From positions 1,800,001 to 1,832,000 of the forward strand of contig NZ_CP064923.1 in the NCBI RefSeq assembly GCF_018336915.1: a stretch of DNA of 32,000 bases, given 5' to 3'. A program made the translations under genes and the position numbers. How positions within the stretch are numbered: the first letter of the stretch is position 1; each line of letters begins with the position of its first letter. Below the pieces are notes generated by a model. It made no database searches. It had not been told where the DNA came from and worked only from the letters and a program-made list of their open reading frames with translations. Below are positions 1 through 9,881 of the stretch, in pieces. Origin of the DNA: Acaryochloris marina S15 (GTDB lineage Bacteria > Cyanobacteriota > Cyanobacteriia > Thermosynechococcales > Thermosynechococcaceae).

Positions 1-65
1 AGATGTATTGGTGTCTTTGCCCCATGGCCAAGACACCCTATCGATTGCCAATGTCTAGTTAGAAC

Positions 66-105
66 ATAAAAAATCAGGTGTTGAGAGAAGCCCCAACACC
101 TGATT
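66..105 (-). terminator. Rho-independent terminator downstream of prk
   Basis: Perfect 12-bp inverted repeat: AATCAGGTGTTG (72-83) pairs with CAACACCTGATT (94-105) around a 10-nt loop. On the minus strand the stem runs straight into a T-run (complement of the A-run at 66-71). It lies 26 nt after the prk stop at 131. Confidence 0.8.
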
Positions 106-130
106 CTAGAAGTCTATAGATAGGAATGTG

Positions 131-1135
131 TTACACGCCAACCGGTTCAGAGACCTTGGTTGCGGTCAACTTCTCATAAGTCGAACGCATTTTTAGCCCT
201 GCAATCACCTGGAACAAGCCAGAGCCATTGTTAGACCCGGGATAATCTCTGTGCTTCAGCAGCAATTCAGTCATCTCGCCTTCAAACTTAGTAGAGGTAT
301 TGCTGAGATGGCCTTCGATATAAATGACTTCATCCAGTCTCTCAAACTGACCGTCCACTTCAAGAACAGAAACGGCGTTACCGTAATAGTCATCAGGGCC
401 ATAGGCCATTTTGATGCCGGGATAAGAACAGGTCAACTTACGGCCACAGGGAATCCAGTTGATGGTCGATCCTTCATCAAACAGGTATACCGGAGCAAAA
501 TCAGGCACACCGTCTTTTTGAATCAATCGGACTCGCAGGATGCTGCCGGGCTTCTCTTCTTTGAGAAGCTGAGTCGGTAAGATTTGAATCACAACATCAG
601 CATGTTGTTTTTGGGGGTCAATATAGGCTTCAAAGTCAGTGCGGCGAGCATTGATAGAGGCAAGAACGTCCTCATAGGTGTGACCCCGCTCAGCCATATC
701 TCGCTGAATCTTCCAGGCAATTTTGACTTCATCGCTAATGTCTAAATAAACGCTGAAATCAATCAGTCCTCGAACCCGCTCATCATGGAGCGGATGCAGA
801 CCCTCAATCACGATCACATGGTTGGGGTCGACACGTTCAGGGGGATCAAGGAGACCTGTTTCGTGGTTGTAAATGGGCTTATCAATTGATTGACCACTTT
901 TGAGGGTTTTGATTTGTTCGTACATCAAATCAAAGTTATTGGCTCTAGGATCTAGAGCAGTAATACCTGTTTCCTTCCGTTGATAACGATCCAAGCTGTG
1001 GTAATCATCTAGGCAAATAACCGTGATGAATTGCTCCCCAAATAGATCCTCCAGTCGGCGCAGGAAAGTAGATTTACCGCATCCAGAGTCACCGGCAACG
1101 CCGATTAGAACAACACGGTCTGGTTTAGTGGTCAT
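131..1135 (-). CDS. prk: Phosphoribulokinase
   Basis: The translation has a P-loop (GVAGDSGCGKST) followed by the uridine-kinase/PRK-type core (ICLDDYHSLDR, VIEGLHPL, DISDEVKIAWKIQRD). This is full-length similarity to cyanobacterial PRK. I trimmed the start to the ATG at 1135 (MTTKPDRVVLIG), because PRKs begin a few residues before the P-loop. The 26 extra codons of the ORF track look non-coding. Confidence 0.93.
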   Translation of the reverse strand: MTTKPDRVVLIGVAGDSGCGKSTFLRRLEDLFGEQFITVICLDDYHSLDRYQRKETGITALDPRANNFDLMYEQIKTLKSGQSIDKPIYNHETGLLDPPERVDPNHVIVIEGLHPLHDERVRGLIDFSVYLDISDEVKIAWKIQRDMAERGHTYEDVLASINARRTDFEAYIDPQKQHADVVIQILPTQLLKEEKPGSILRVRLIQKDGVPDFAPVYLFDEGSTINWIPCGRKLTCSYPGIKMAYGPDDYYGNAVSVLEVDGQFERLDEVIYIEGHLSNTSTKFEGEMTELLLKHRDYPGSNNGSGLFQVIAGLKMRSTYEKLTATKVSEPVGV

Positions 1136-1386
1136 AACTACGATTTCCTTTATACATCCTATCTCAACAGCAACTAACCCCAGGCACCAACCCGTATGAG
1201 AAGGGGTTTGCACAGATAGAGCATTAATATTGCTCCCTTCTGATATTACTAGGCGTTTGTACCCTCTGGATAGCCAAACCTAGAAGAGACCCCAATCATG
1301 TGGCCGTCCATTCAGAGACTGGGGATAGCGCAAATTTCTTTAGTAGTTCCTATGCTACCAAGATTAGAGCGGTTAACTCACGATGA

Positions 1387-1731
1387 TTACTCAGGCTGAT
1401 CTACGGGGTCAGATTCAGGAGGCGTAGGAGACGATGTGAGATTCTGCCAGAGGATCTGGACGGATAAAGCGCTTAAACCCAATGCTGCCATGCAGAAAAT
1501 TCCGGTGGCTAAGGTGCTTAACCCCACTACTAAGGTCTTGAGGGCAATGGCGATTTTAACGGCCGTTTGATTATCCGATGTGAACGGATGTTCAGCAAAA
1601 GACTGGGCAATTTTAGATGAAAGTTTAGCTAGAGGGAAAGCCATGGTTCCAGCCATAACAGCGCCGGTCATGGTTCGCCAAATGCTGGGAGGATTAGGCT
1701 TATTTGTGGATGGTGACTCAGACATGGGCAA
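1387..1731 (-). CDS. Small two-TM membrane protein, resembles cyanobacterial DUF3082 family
   Basis: 114-aa ORF with two hydrophobic segments (AVMAGTMAFPLAKL and LVVGLSTLATGIFCMAALGLSAL) and a Pro-rich tail. The family assignment is from memory of the sequence pattern, not from a search. Confidence 0.55.
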   Translation of the reverse strand: MPMSESPSTNKPNPPSIWRTMTGAVMAGTMAFPLAKLSSKIAQSFAEHPFTSDNQTAVKIAIALKTLVVGLSTLATGIFCMAALGLSALSVQILWQNLTSSPTPPESDPVDQPE

Positions 1732-1885
1732 ACTTTTTCAGCGGATGATGGCAGGGGAATAATTTCACTATAGTAAAGCGTTGGAGATTTTTTGAGTCAA
1801 TGGCTTAGATCAATCGCGAAGACTCCTAAGGCATTCACTTCTTTCGTTCTCCTTAACCGTTATTAACTGTTACCTGACTGTTCTT

Positions 1886-3256
1886 ATGAGTGAAACGATT
1901 GAAAACCTAGTGGTCATTGGCTCAGGGCCAGCTGGGTATACTGCGGCCATCTACGCGGCCCGAGCGAACCTAAAGCCATTTGTGTTTGCGGGGTATCAGG
2001 CTGGAGGACTTCCGGGCGGACAGCTGATGACCACCACAGAAGTGGAGAATTTCCCGGGCTTTCCCGATGGGATTACAGGACCGCAGCTGATGGATCGGAT
2101 GAAGCTACAGGCTCTACGCTGGGGAAGCGAGATTGTCACCGAAGATGTAACGTCTGTTGACTTTCAGCAGTTTCCATTCGTGATTCAGTCAGAAGAAAGA
2201 ATAGTGAAGGCCCATAGCGTGGTCATCGCGACAGGGGCAACCGCAAGACGATTAGGTCTACCTGCAGAGAAAGCGTTTTGGAGTCGGGGGATTTCTGCCT
2301 GCGCTATCTGCGATGGGGCAACACCTATTTTTAAGAATGAAGAACTCGCTGTGGTCGGGGGTGGGGATTCTGCTGCCGAAGAAGCCGTCTATCTGACGAA
2401 GTATGGCTCTCACGTACATCTACTGGTTCGCTCAGGGCATATGCGAGCTAGCAAGGCCATGCAGGACCGGGTGATCAGAAATTCTAAAGTCACCGTCCAT
2501 TGGCAAACCGAGGTGATGGATGTTTTTGGCGATACACAGCTCCAGGGACTCAAAATCAAAAATTGTCAGACTTCTGAGGTTCAAGAATTGCAGGTGCGGG
2601 GGCTATTTTATGCCATCGGCCACCAGCCCAATACCCAACTCTTCACCCAGCAACTGGATTTAGATGGGACGGGGTACATCCTGACTCAGCCCGATTCAGT
2701 CAGCACTAATATTTCGGGTGTGTTTGCTGCTGGAGATGTCCAAGATCATGAGTTCAGACAAGCAATTACAGCAGCTGGAACGGGATGTATGGCGGCCTTA
2801 TTGGCAGAACGCTGGTTGTCCTCCCAAGACTTGATCCAGGAATTTCACCAATCAGAAGCGTCTGAACCAACAGAAGATGGAAGCCATCCGCCAGAGTATA
2901 AGTTGTCTGCAGAGTTTGATCCCAACACCACTCGTCACCAGGGTGCGTTTGCCTTGCGGAAGCTGTTTCATGAGAGCGATCGCATCATCGTAGTGAAATA
3001 TGCGTCTCCTACCTGTGGTCCCTGCCATATCCTACAGCCGATCTTGAGTCGCGTGATTGATGAATTTGAAGGACAGGTGCACTATGTAGAAATTGACATT
3101 GCCGAAGATCCAGATATCGCTGAATCTGCCTCGATTACAGGCACCCCAACGGTTCAGGTGTTTCAGGATAAATCCTTATTGCGGGAGTTCAAAGGGATTA
3201 AAGCGAAGCAAGAATACCGGGACACCATCAACGGACTGCTGACCGCGACATCTTAG
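1886..3256 (+). CDS. ntrc: NADPH-dependent thioredoxin reductase C (thioredoxin reductase fused to a thioredoxin domain)
   Basis: The N-terminal part is a TrxB-type flavoenzyme: [13 protein letters not shown] motif, redox CAIC (ACAICDG), GGGDSA NADPH motif. The C-terminal roughly 120 aa is a thioredoxin fold with CGPC. This fusion architecture defines NTRC. Confidence 0.9.
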   Translation: MSETIENLVVIGSGPAGYTAAIYAARANLKPFVFAGYQAGGLPGGQLMTTTEVENFPGFPDGITGPQLMDRMKLQALRWGSEIVTEDVTSVDFQQFPFVIQSEERIVKAHSVVIATGATARRLGLPAEKAFWSRGISACAICDGATPIFKNEELAVVGGGDSAAEEAVYLTKYGSHVHLLVRSGHMRASKAMQDRVIRNSKVTVHWQTEVMDVFGDTQLQGLKIKNCQTSEVQELQVRGLFYAIGHQPNTQLFTQQLDLDGTGYILTQPDSVSTNISGVFAAGDVQDHEFRQAITAAGTGCMAALLAERWLSSQDLIQEFHQSEASEPTEDGSHPPEYKLSAEFDPNTTRHQGAFALRKLFHESDRIIVVKYASPTCGPCHILQPILSRVIDEFEGQVHYVEIDIAEDPDIAESASITGTPTVQVFQDKSLLREFKGIKAKQEYRDTINGLLTATS

Positions 3257-3373
3257 AGATTTGAATTCCTGATGGGTTAGAAACCCTCATGTAAACGAAG
3301 AGAGTTACAATGTGATAAGCATATGTAAAATTTTGTAATCTTTATTTCATAACCGTCTGAGATAAGCAAATCA

Positions 3374-4345
3374 ATGACCTCAGTAACATCCCTTTTTGAT
3401 CCAGTTGAAGCCGATTTAGTCATCCTGGTTGATAACCTCAAAGACCTGGTACGTGCCCAACATCCAGTTCTTTACGCTGCGGCTGAACACCTGTTTCAAG
3501 CTGGAGGGAAGCGGATGCGCCCAGCCATTGTCCTCCTCCTCTCCAGAGCACTGCTCCCGGCTCAAGATCTCACCCCTCGACATCGACGGTTGGCAGAGAT
3601 CACCGAGATGATTCATACCGCCAGCCTGCTGCATGATGATGTGGTAGATGATTCAGGGGTTCGTCGTGGAGTACCGTCTGTCCATAGCCTTTTTGGCAAC
3701 CGCATTGCCATTCAAGCCGGTGATTTTCTGTTTGCCCAAGCGTCCTGGTATTTGGCGAACTTAGACAACCTAGAGGTGGTAAAACTGCTGTCTGAAGTGA
3801 TTAAGGATTTCGCTGAAGGAGAAATCCAGCAGGGCATCAACTGCTTTGATACCTCCTTGACCCTAGAAGCCTATTTAGAGAAGTCCTATTACAAGACTGC
3901 TTCCTTAATGGCGAATAGCGCTAAAGCTGCAGGGGTTTTGAGCGGTACGTCTTTGCAAGTGAACCAGGATTTATATGCCTATGGTCGCTGTGTGGGCTTA
4001 GCATTCCAAATTGTTGATGATATTTTGGACTTCACAGGGTCGACGAATGCCCTGGGCAAACCGGCCTGTTCAGATCTGCGCAGTGGTAATTTAACGGCAC
4101 CCGTCCTGTTTGCGATCGCAGAAAAGCCCTACCTGAAAGTATTGATTGATCGGCATTTGGAGCAGGAAGAAGACTTAGAAGAAGCCATTGCCCTTGTGAA
4201 TGACAGTCAAGGGATTCCTAAATCCCGAGCCCTTGCCGAACAATTTTCCCATCAGGCCGTTCACCATCTGGACTTCCTCCCCGCTTCTGATTCCCGTCAA
4301 GCGCTGATTGATTTAACGGAATATATCCTCAAACGACTCTACTGA
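3374..4345 (+). CDS. sds: All-trans long-chain polyprenyl (solanesyl/nonaprenyl) diphosphate synthase
   Basis: Both Asp-rich motifs of trans-prenyltransferases are present (LLHDDVVDD and FQIVDDILD), and the length is 323 aa. The chain-length call follows the usual cyanobacterial orthologue and is not proven here. Confidence 0.85.
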   Translation: MTSVTSLFDPVEADLVILVDNLKDLVRAQHPVLYAAAEHLFQAGGKRMRPAIVLLLSRALLPAQDLTPRHRRLAEITEMIHTASLLHDDVVDDSGVRRGVPSVHSLFGNRIAIQAGDFLFAQASWYLANLDNLEVVKLLSEVIKDFAEGEIQQGINCFDTSLTLEAYLEKSYYKTASLMANSAKAAGVLSGTSLQVNQDLYAYGRCVGLAFQIVDDILDFTGSTNALGKPACSDLRSGNLTAPVLFAIAEKPYLKVLIDRHLEQEEDLEEAIALVNDSQGIPKSRALAEQFSHQAVHHLDFLPASDSRQALIDLTEYILKRLY

Positions 4346-4394
4346 GGAGTACTCTAGTGATCTAGAAGATTGTCCATTTCACGAGAGAACCGCT

Positions 4395-4991
4395 ATGACC
4401 TCAGAGGATCGGCCCACACCTGAGGCAGACCCCATTCCAGCATGGCGCAAACTGTGGCAATCCCAGAAAGATAACGTTTTCACCCTTGTGATCGCACTCC
4501 TCCTCGCCCTACTGATTCGAGGATTTGTGGCGGAGTCTCGCTATATCCCCTCGGTCTCGATGGAGCCCACCTTGACACCCGGTGATCGAATCGTGGTTGA
4601 AAAGCTTTCCTATCGACTCCGTCAGCCTGAAGCGGGCGATATTGTGGTATTCCATACGCCCTTACCCTTACAAGCCGTTGGCTATGGGCCTGAGCAAGCC
4701 TTTATTAAACGAGTGATTGGTCTTGAAGGGCAAACTGTTGCGGTCCAGAATGGCCAAGTTTATGTGGATGGCCAGCCCCTAACTGAACGCTACATTGCAG
4801 AAGCCCCTCAGTATGAATTAGCACCGGTTAGGGTGCCTGAGGGCAATCTATTTGTGATGGGAGATAACCGCAACAATAGCAACGACTCCCACATTTGGGG
4901 ATTTTTACCCCTATCGAATTTAATTGGTCGGGCGAATCTGCGATTTTGGCCTCTGGAGCATATTAACTGGCTTCGTAGTTCATTGCCTTGA
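4395..4991 (+). CDS. lepB: Signal peptidase I
   Basis: N-terminal TM helix, catalytic Ser box (IPSVSMEPTL), Lys box (IKRVIGLEGQ) and GDNRNNSNDSH box. Confidence 0.9.
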   Translation: MTSEDRPTPEADPIPAWRKLWQSQKDNVFTLVIALLLALLIRGFVAESRYIPSVSMEPTLTPGDRIVVEKLSYRLRQPEAGDIVVFHTPLPLQAVGYGPEQAFIKRVIGLEGQTVAVQNGQVYVDGQPLTERYIAEAPQYELAPVRVPEGNLFVMGDNRNNSNDSHIWGFLPLSNLIGRANLRFWPLEHINWLRSSLP

Positions 4992-5068
4992 ACGGATTAG
5001 CGCCCCTGAACAACCATATGGCACAATGGGAAACACTGCATATATAAGCTACTAAATCAGGTATTTCT

Positions 5069-6154
5069 GTGAGTTCTACTGCGACCAAAGCGCCTACTCG
5101 CGCTGTTTTCCCATTCACAGCCATCGTTGGCCAAGAAGAAATGAAGCTGGCGCTGATCCTCAACACCATTGATCCTCGAATTGGTGGCGTGATGATTATG
5201 GGCGATCGCGGGACCGGGAAAACCACAACCATTCGGGCTTTGGCCAATTTGTTGCCCGAGATTGATGTAGTGGCTGAAGATCCCTTCAATAGTGACCCCG
5301 CTGATCCAGAACTCATGAGTGATGAGGTCAAAGCATTAACAGCAAGCGGCCAAACACCAGCCATCACTCAAATGCAGGTGCCTATGGTGGATTTACCCTT
5401 AGGTGCGACCGAAGATCGGGTCTGCGGCACCATCGACATTGAAAAGGCCTTGGCAGAAGGGGTCAAAGCCTTTGAACCCGGCTTATTGGCAAAGGCTAAT
5501 CGTGGCATTCTCTACGTGGATGAGGTCAACCTGTTAGATGATCACTTGGTTGACGTGTTGTTAGACTCAGCCGCCTCGGGTTGGAACACTGTAGAACGAG
5601 AAGGAATTTCGATTCGTCACCCTGCTCGCTTTGTGTTAGTGGGGTCCGGCAACCCTGAAGAAGGAGAGTTGCGTCCCCAGCTCCTCGACCGATTTGGGAT
5701 GCATGCTGAAATTCATACGGTGAAAGATCCGACCCTGCGAGTGCAAATCGTGGAAGAGCGTTCCCAGTTCGATCAAGAGCCCCACTCTTATTTGGACAAT
5801 CATACGGACAACCAAAAGGCACTCCAAGATCAGATTATTAGTGCCCAAAACAATCTGCCTAACGTCAATATTGATCATGAGTTACGGGTCAATATTTCTC
5901 AGGTTTGTTCAGAACTGGATGTCGATGGCCTACGGGGCGATATTGTGTCTAACCGTGCAGCTAAAGCCATTGCAGCGTTTGAAGGACGTACAGAAGTCAC
6001 GGTTGATGATATTCGTCGAGTGATCACCCTTTGTTTGCGCCACCGCCTGAGAAAAGATCCCCTAGAATCTATTGACTCTGGTTACAAAGTGAGTAAGGTT
6101 TTCCGTCAAGTTTTTGGTTTGCCGGATGAAGAAGAAGCTGATATTGCGGCTTAA
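5069..6154 (+). CDS. chlI: Magnesium chelatase ATPase subunit I
   Basis: [19 protein letters not shown], Walker [10 protein letters not shown] and Walker [11 protein letters not shown]. Full-length ChlI-like, 361 aa, with a GTG start at 5069. Confidence 0.93.
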   Translation: MSSTATKAPTRAVFPFTAIVGQEEMKLALILNTIDPRIGGVMIMGDRGTGKTTTIRALANLLPEIDVVAEDPFNSDPADPELMSDEVKALTASGQTPAITQMQVPMVDLPLGATEDRVCGTIDIEKALAEGVKAFEPGLLAKANRGILYVDEVNLLDDHLVDVLLDSAASGWNTVEREGISIRHPARFVLVGSGNPEEGELRPQLLDRFGMHAEIHTVKDPTLRVQIVEERSQFDQEPHSYLDNHTDNQKALQDQIISAQNNLPNVNIDHELRVNISQVCSELDVDGLRGDIVSNRAAKAIAAFEGRTEVTVDDIRRVITLCLRHRLRKDPLESIDSGYKVSKVFRQVFGLPDEEEADIAA

Positions 6155-6207
6155 ATGGTACCCATCAAAGTTTGACGACTGCCTCTTGATACATGGAATG
6201 AGGGCAG

Positions 6208-6230
6208 CACGGGCTGAACCCGTGATTGTT
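6208..6230 (+). terminator. Possible weak terminator after chlI
   Basis: The hairpin CACGGG-ctgaa-CCCGTG is followed by ATTGTTT, 54 nt after the chlI stop. The stem is short and the U-tract interrupted, so this is tentative. Confidence 0.3.
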
Positions 6231-6303
6231 TGGGTATGAAAGTTGGCCCTTTAGAGCAATTATTGGCCTGGGCTGAAGAGCCTTCAACAGTCGGTACTTG
6301 CGA

Positions 6304-7605
6304 CTAAAGAACGGATACGTAGGAATAATCAAACTTACCGAAAAGACCACACCAAGCTAGATTCAACTTCTCGAAGCAGTGAACTAACCATTGAACAGAA
6401 GCTTGCTTCTGGGATTCGTAGTGATTAAACAGAAGTGCGAATCGTTTTTCTAGGTAGGGCTTGATTTTCTTGCAAATTAAGACCACTTTGAGCACTAAGC
6501 TAACGGTAGAGGTGGAGCCCACATTGTTAATCAAATCCATGAAAATCCAATGTTTGGGTTTTTGTCGACTCTCAATGACTAAGAAGTTTAAGACCTGTTG
6601 GCAAGTTCTAACCATCAAGAAGTCGTTCATGGTGCGATCGTTGCTTTCAGGGAACATGTGCTGTAAGCATTGATACAGCTGATTATTAAACCGACATTGA
6701 CCAAATTTGGTGTCGATGGATGAGGCTAAATACTCATAAAAGTCATTTTTGAAATGCTTATAGGTTGAAGTGGCTGCATGCTGCTGCATCAGAAAATGCT
6801 TGGCTAAGTCCTGATGGGTATTTCGCGAGTCCACCTTGCCGACAAAATGCTTTAGGGATCCGCGCAGGTCTGAATCACTTAACAGGGTGGGGTTATGAAC
6901 AGGCTGAATAATTTTTCCCGCTGAATGGGGCTGTCCTACAGTTTGAATTAACGGTTGAGGATCTCTAGTTTGCCGCTTTAAGAGATCCGTCATATACAGA
7001 GATAAATCCACCTCAAATTTCTGCTGGGCTTGAGCCTGAGCTTGATGAATCACTTGCTGATGCTCTTGAGTATCTCCTTGTGAGACCAAGCAATGCTTGT
7101 ATAAGTAGGGATATCGCTGTAAAAGAGTGACAAGGGGTTGTTGCCCAGACGCTGCTCCCCCCGGATTCATAAAGTCTGCGAATCGACGTAGTCTTTGAAA
7201 GTGTTGGCTTTTCGCAAAATGCTTAACGAGTAACCGGAGCCGGGTCTTCGTCTGAGTCCGACCTAAGCTGGCTGGCATACCGCTTGCCTGGCCTAAGAGA
7301 GTAATGAGTTGTGAAATGGCATAACGACAATCAAATTGGGTTTGCCAACGGTTGACCAAAATATAGCAACATCGATTGAGAAATAAACAAAACTCATCTT
7401 GTTTTGTCGTAGATTTGACAATGGCATTTATTGCTTGCCTAATTTCTGGTTCTTGATATCCTGATGTGCCTAGAAATAAAGACTGGAATCGGTGTAAAAC
7501 ATCTTGTGGAGATTCAGAGCGTACACAAGCAAGAAGATGATCATAAACCCTCTGCTCATTAGAAACAGAGCGGGACTGATGATGATAAGGCAACTGGGTA
7601 TTCAC
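6304..7605 (-). CDS. Hypothetical protein, no recognisable domain
   Basis: Long uninterrupted 433-codon ORF with an apparent GTG start and no clear SD. It has no signal peptide, TM segment or motif I can name. The next in-frame Met is about 109 codons downstream, so the start is uncertain. Confidence 0.6.
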   Translation of the reverse strand: MNTQLPYHHQSRSVSNEQRVYDHLLACVRSESPQDVLHRFQSLFLGTSGYQEPEIRQAINAIVKSTTKQDEFCLFLNRCCYILVNRWQTQFDCRYAISQLITLLGQASGMPASLGRTQTKTRLRLLVKHFAKSQHFQRLRRFADFMNPGGAASGQQPLVTLLQRYPYLYKHCLVSQGDTQEHQQVIHQAQAQAQQKFEVDLSLYMTDLLKRQTRDPQPLIQTVGQPHSAGKIIQPVHNPTLLSDSDLRGSLKHFVGKVDSRNTHQDLAKHFLMQQHAATSTYKHFKNDFYEYLASSIDTKFGQCRFNNQLYQCLQHMFPESNDRTMNDFLMVRTCQQVLNFLVIESRQKPKHWIFMDLINNVGSTSTVSLVLKVVLICKKIKPYLEKRFALLFNHYESQKQASVQWLVHCFEKLNLAWCGLFGKFDYSYVSVL

Positions 7606-8088
7606 TGGATTTCTAGAGAGTAGGGCTTACAGTTAAGTGATCCGAACAACAACCACTGGTGTTTGAGTTAACTGCTTCCTAATTCAAGGTGCTCCCCAAC
7701 TTCCTGAATTATGTAGCGTGTGATTAGTATGCCCAAACTTGTAACCAAATTACAAAATATCTCTCTAATTGAGGTGTGATCAAAAGCACATTGAAAAGTG
7801 ATCTAAATCACCGTAATAGCTTGTAAATGACAAGCTTATAATTACTAAGCTGATTATGATGATTTGCTATTAACTTATTTGTATAAAAAAAGAGGCCTTT
7901 TATACATCAAAAAAAGACTGAAATGTCACATATTATATATAAGTTCTACATAAATTATACGTTTCGAAAAATGAGCTTTATGATAGCGTCAACGTCAGCT
8001 CTCCTTGTTTTTAGCTGATCAGAATCTGAAAAAAAAATTCAAAAACCCTCATTATTTTCTATTAATGGCGGCATAAGATTACATTTCT

Positions 8089-8526
8089 TTAACTTATGAG
8101 TTGATTAATGGCATCTTGCAAGACTTGAGGAGAGGTGCGGAGAATTCGGCCATTTTTAGAATTAACCGGTACAAGAGTAACGCGCCCCAACACACAGGGC
8201 TTTTCCGTATTGATGCAGAAAATATCTTGATCCCAGAAGAGCCTAACTTTGTCTAGCTTGCTCAGTCTGGTTTTAACGATGACCTCGTTTCCCATCTGGA
8301 TGGCTTTTCGATATTGGAGAGATAAGTCAATGACAGGGAGATCACAGCCCAATTGGACTAATGTTGCATATTCCAGGCCTACGGTGCGAAAAGCGGCAAT
8401 GCGAGCAGCTTCCATCCATTCTAGATAGGAACCATGCCAGACTACTCCTGCATAATCCGTATGACAAGGCTGAACACGGATGGGATATTCAAACCACGGA
8501 CTGGAACATTGAGGGGAAGGATTCAT
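8089..8526 (-). CDS. Hotdog-fold acyl-CoA thioesterase (4HBT/YbgC-like)
   Basis: 145 aa. The N-terminal pattern IRVQPCHTDYAGVVWHGSYLEWMEAAR is typical of 4HBT-type thioesterases. The substrate cannot be inferred. Confidence 0.7.
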   Translation of the reverse strand: MNPSPQCSSPWFEYPIRVQPCHTDYAGVVWHGSYLEWMEAARIAAFRTVGLEYATLVQLGCDLPVIDLSLQYRKAIQMGNEVIVKTRLSKLDKVRLFWDQDIFCINTEKPCVLGRVTLVPVNSKNGRILRTSPQVLQDAINQLIS

Positions 8527-8568
8527 GAAATGTCATGGCAAATAACGGCTTGCCCCAACTAAGATACA

Positions 8569-8871
8569 TCAGTCCTGAATGGGCACTGCCTCAACATCAA
8601 CGGTTTCCTGGCTATCAGATTCATTACTATCGGGTTGTGTGTTTACTTGACGTTTTTTGTAGCCTTCAATTAACACCTGAGAGAGTTCTGAAACAAAGAG
8701 CGTCAGCAAGGCGAGATCATCAATTTGACCGACGATGGGAAAGATATCTGGAGAAATATCGAATGGACTTAAGAGGTATGCCAAGGTGCCAGCAATAATC
8801 CATCCTCGATATTTCGGATTACGCAGGCTATTTCGATACCAGTTATAAATTGCTTTGATGGAAAAATTCAT
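8569..8871 (-). CDS. DUF1232 (YkvA-like) membrane protein
   Basis: 100 aa with the characteristic LLSPFDISPDIFPIVGQIDDLALL motif. It sits 42 nt upstream of the thioesterase on the same strand. Confidence 0.7.
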   Translation of the reverse strand: MNFSIKAIYNWYRNSLRNPKYRGWIIAGTLAYLLSPFDISPDIFPIVGQIDDLALLTLFVSELSQVLIEGYKKRQVNTQPDSNESDSQETVDVEAVPIQD

Positions 8872-9170
8872 TGGCTTGGATCTCCTTTGCTCTTCTATTT
8901 TGTCAGAACTTAGATAACAGATCTGGTGTGGATTCCCGCCAAAGAGCTCTCTATCCTTTATCAGGCAAAATTGGCTTAATCTAGTTCGTTAAATCGGTAA
9001 TACTTATATTTGTTCTTCTAATAGAGCAATATCAGTGAATTGAGGGGCGACTAGATTTATTTTATAAATGAATAAGTCATGCTATATCTTATACTTCATG
9101 ATGAGATAGAAATAGACAGAAAACGTCGTACATTATTGATCTCATCGTCGGATTGGGCAAAGGAACTATC

Positions 9171-9842
9171 GTGAATATTATCGAGCTATTTGAGAAGGGA
9201 GGGCCCACAATATGGCCATTACTCGGACTTTCCATATTAGCGATTGGAACTGTTTTTGAGCGGTTATGGTTCTGGAGCAATCTTCTCAGAGGAGAACGAA
9301 AAACAGCGAAGCAAATTCTGGATGCTGCCCGCCGAGATTGGGATGAAGCGACTCACCTAGCTCGACAATTTAGCAATCAACCCATTGGTCGATTTCTGTT
9401 CACCCCCCTACGGTTAGCAAATCAAGAACCAGAAATTTTTAGATTAGCCTTAGAGGCCTCTGCTGATGAAGAGCTGACGGCAATGCGCAGGGGCAGCAAA
9501 GTCCTAGAAGCTGTGATTGCTTTATCTCCTCTATTGGGATTATTTGGAACAATTTTAGGTTTGCAAAATTCTCTAGGAAAATTGAATTTTGAAGAATTTG
9601 GTCAAATTGTCGGTAATCCAGCTTTAGGGATTGACCAGGCTTTAACGAGTACCTTGGTAGGATTGGCCATTGCGATTGTTTCATTGACGTTTTATCGGCT
9701 GTTTCAAGGGTTGGTATTTAATCAGGCACGTATTTTTCGACGGACGGGGAATGAGCTAGAGCTGGTCTATCGACAGTTTTGGTTGCAACCTACAGAAACA
9801 CGACCTGCCCTGACCCCTCAAAACGATGCTCCCAATCCTTAA
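9171..9842 (+). CDS. exbB: MotA/TolQ/ExbB-family proton channel
   Basis: ELFEKGGPTIWPLLGLSILAI at the N-terminus and the C-terminal TolQ/ExbB helices (GTILGL, ALTSTLVGLAIAI). I moved the start to the GTG at 9171, which has AAGGA 6 nt upstream. The ORF track begins at an in-frame TTG at 9153. Confidence 0.85.
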   Translation: MNIIELFEKGGPTIWPLLGLSILAIGTVFERLWFWSNLLRGERKTAKQILDAARRDWDEATHLARQFSNQPIGRFLFTPLRLANQEPEIFRLALEASADEELTAMRRGSKVLEAVIALSPLLGLFGTILGLQNSLGKLNFEEFGQIVGNPALGIDQALTSTLVGLAIAIVSLTFYRLFQGLVFNQARIFRRTGNELELVYRQFWLQPTETRPALTPQNDAPNP

Positions 9843-9881
9843 GGATATTGATTTGCCCGTTGATCGCCAGTATGAAGTCCT

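Noticed and set aside
11-38. Hairpin GGTGTCTT-tgccccatggcc-AAGACACC at the left edge, considered as a terminator of an upstream gene
   Set aside because: There is no U-tract on either strand, and the upstream gene is outside the window.
1136-1213. 26-codon N-terminal extension of prk in the ORF track (MQTPSHTGWCLGLVAVEIGCIKEIVV)
   Set aside because: PRK homologues start just before the P-loop. The extension has no family counterpart and is probably 5-prime UTR that happens to be open.
4963-5367. 134-aa minus-strand ORF spanning the lepB end and the chlI start. The same applies to other antisense ORFs in the track, for example 251..580, 3416..3634, 5526..5878, 8535..8798, 11101..11421, 11825..12103, 12354..12725, 16120..16360, 19060..19296, 21127..21498 and 29303..30397.
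   Set aside because: All lie antisense to, or out of frame with, genes that have strong family-level similarity. They have biased, low-complexity translations and lack RBSs. They are typical shadow ORFs.
7923-8018. 31-codon ORF (MSHIIYKFYINYTFRKMSFMIASTSALLVFS) in the long AT-rich gap, considered as a type-I-toxin-like small peptide
   Set aside because: It has no SD, is only weakly hydrophobic, and is easily produced by chance in AT-rich DNA.
9131-9150. cattattgatctcatcgtcg upstream of exbB, considered as a Fur box
   Set aside because: It resembles the 19-bp Fur consensus only loosely. I cannot align more than scattered positions, so the call is not supportable.
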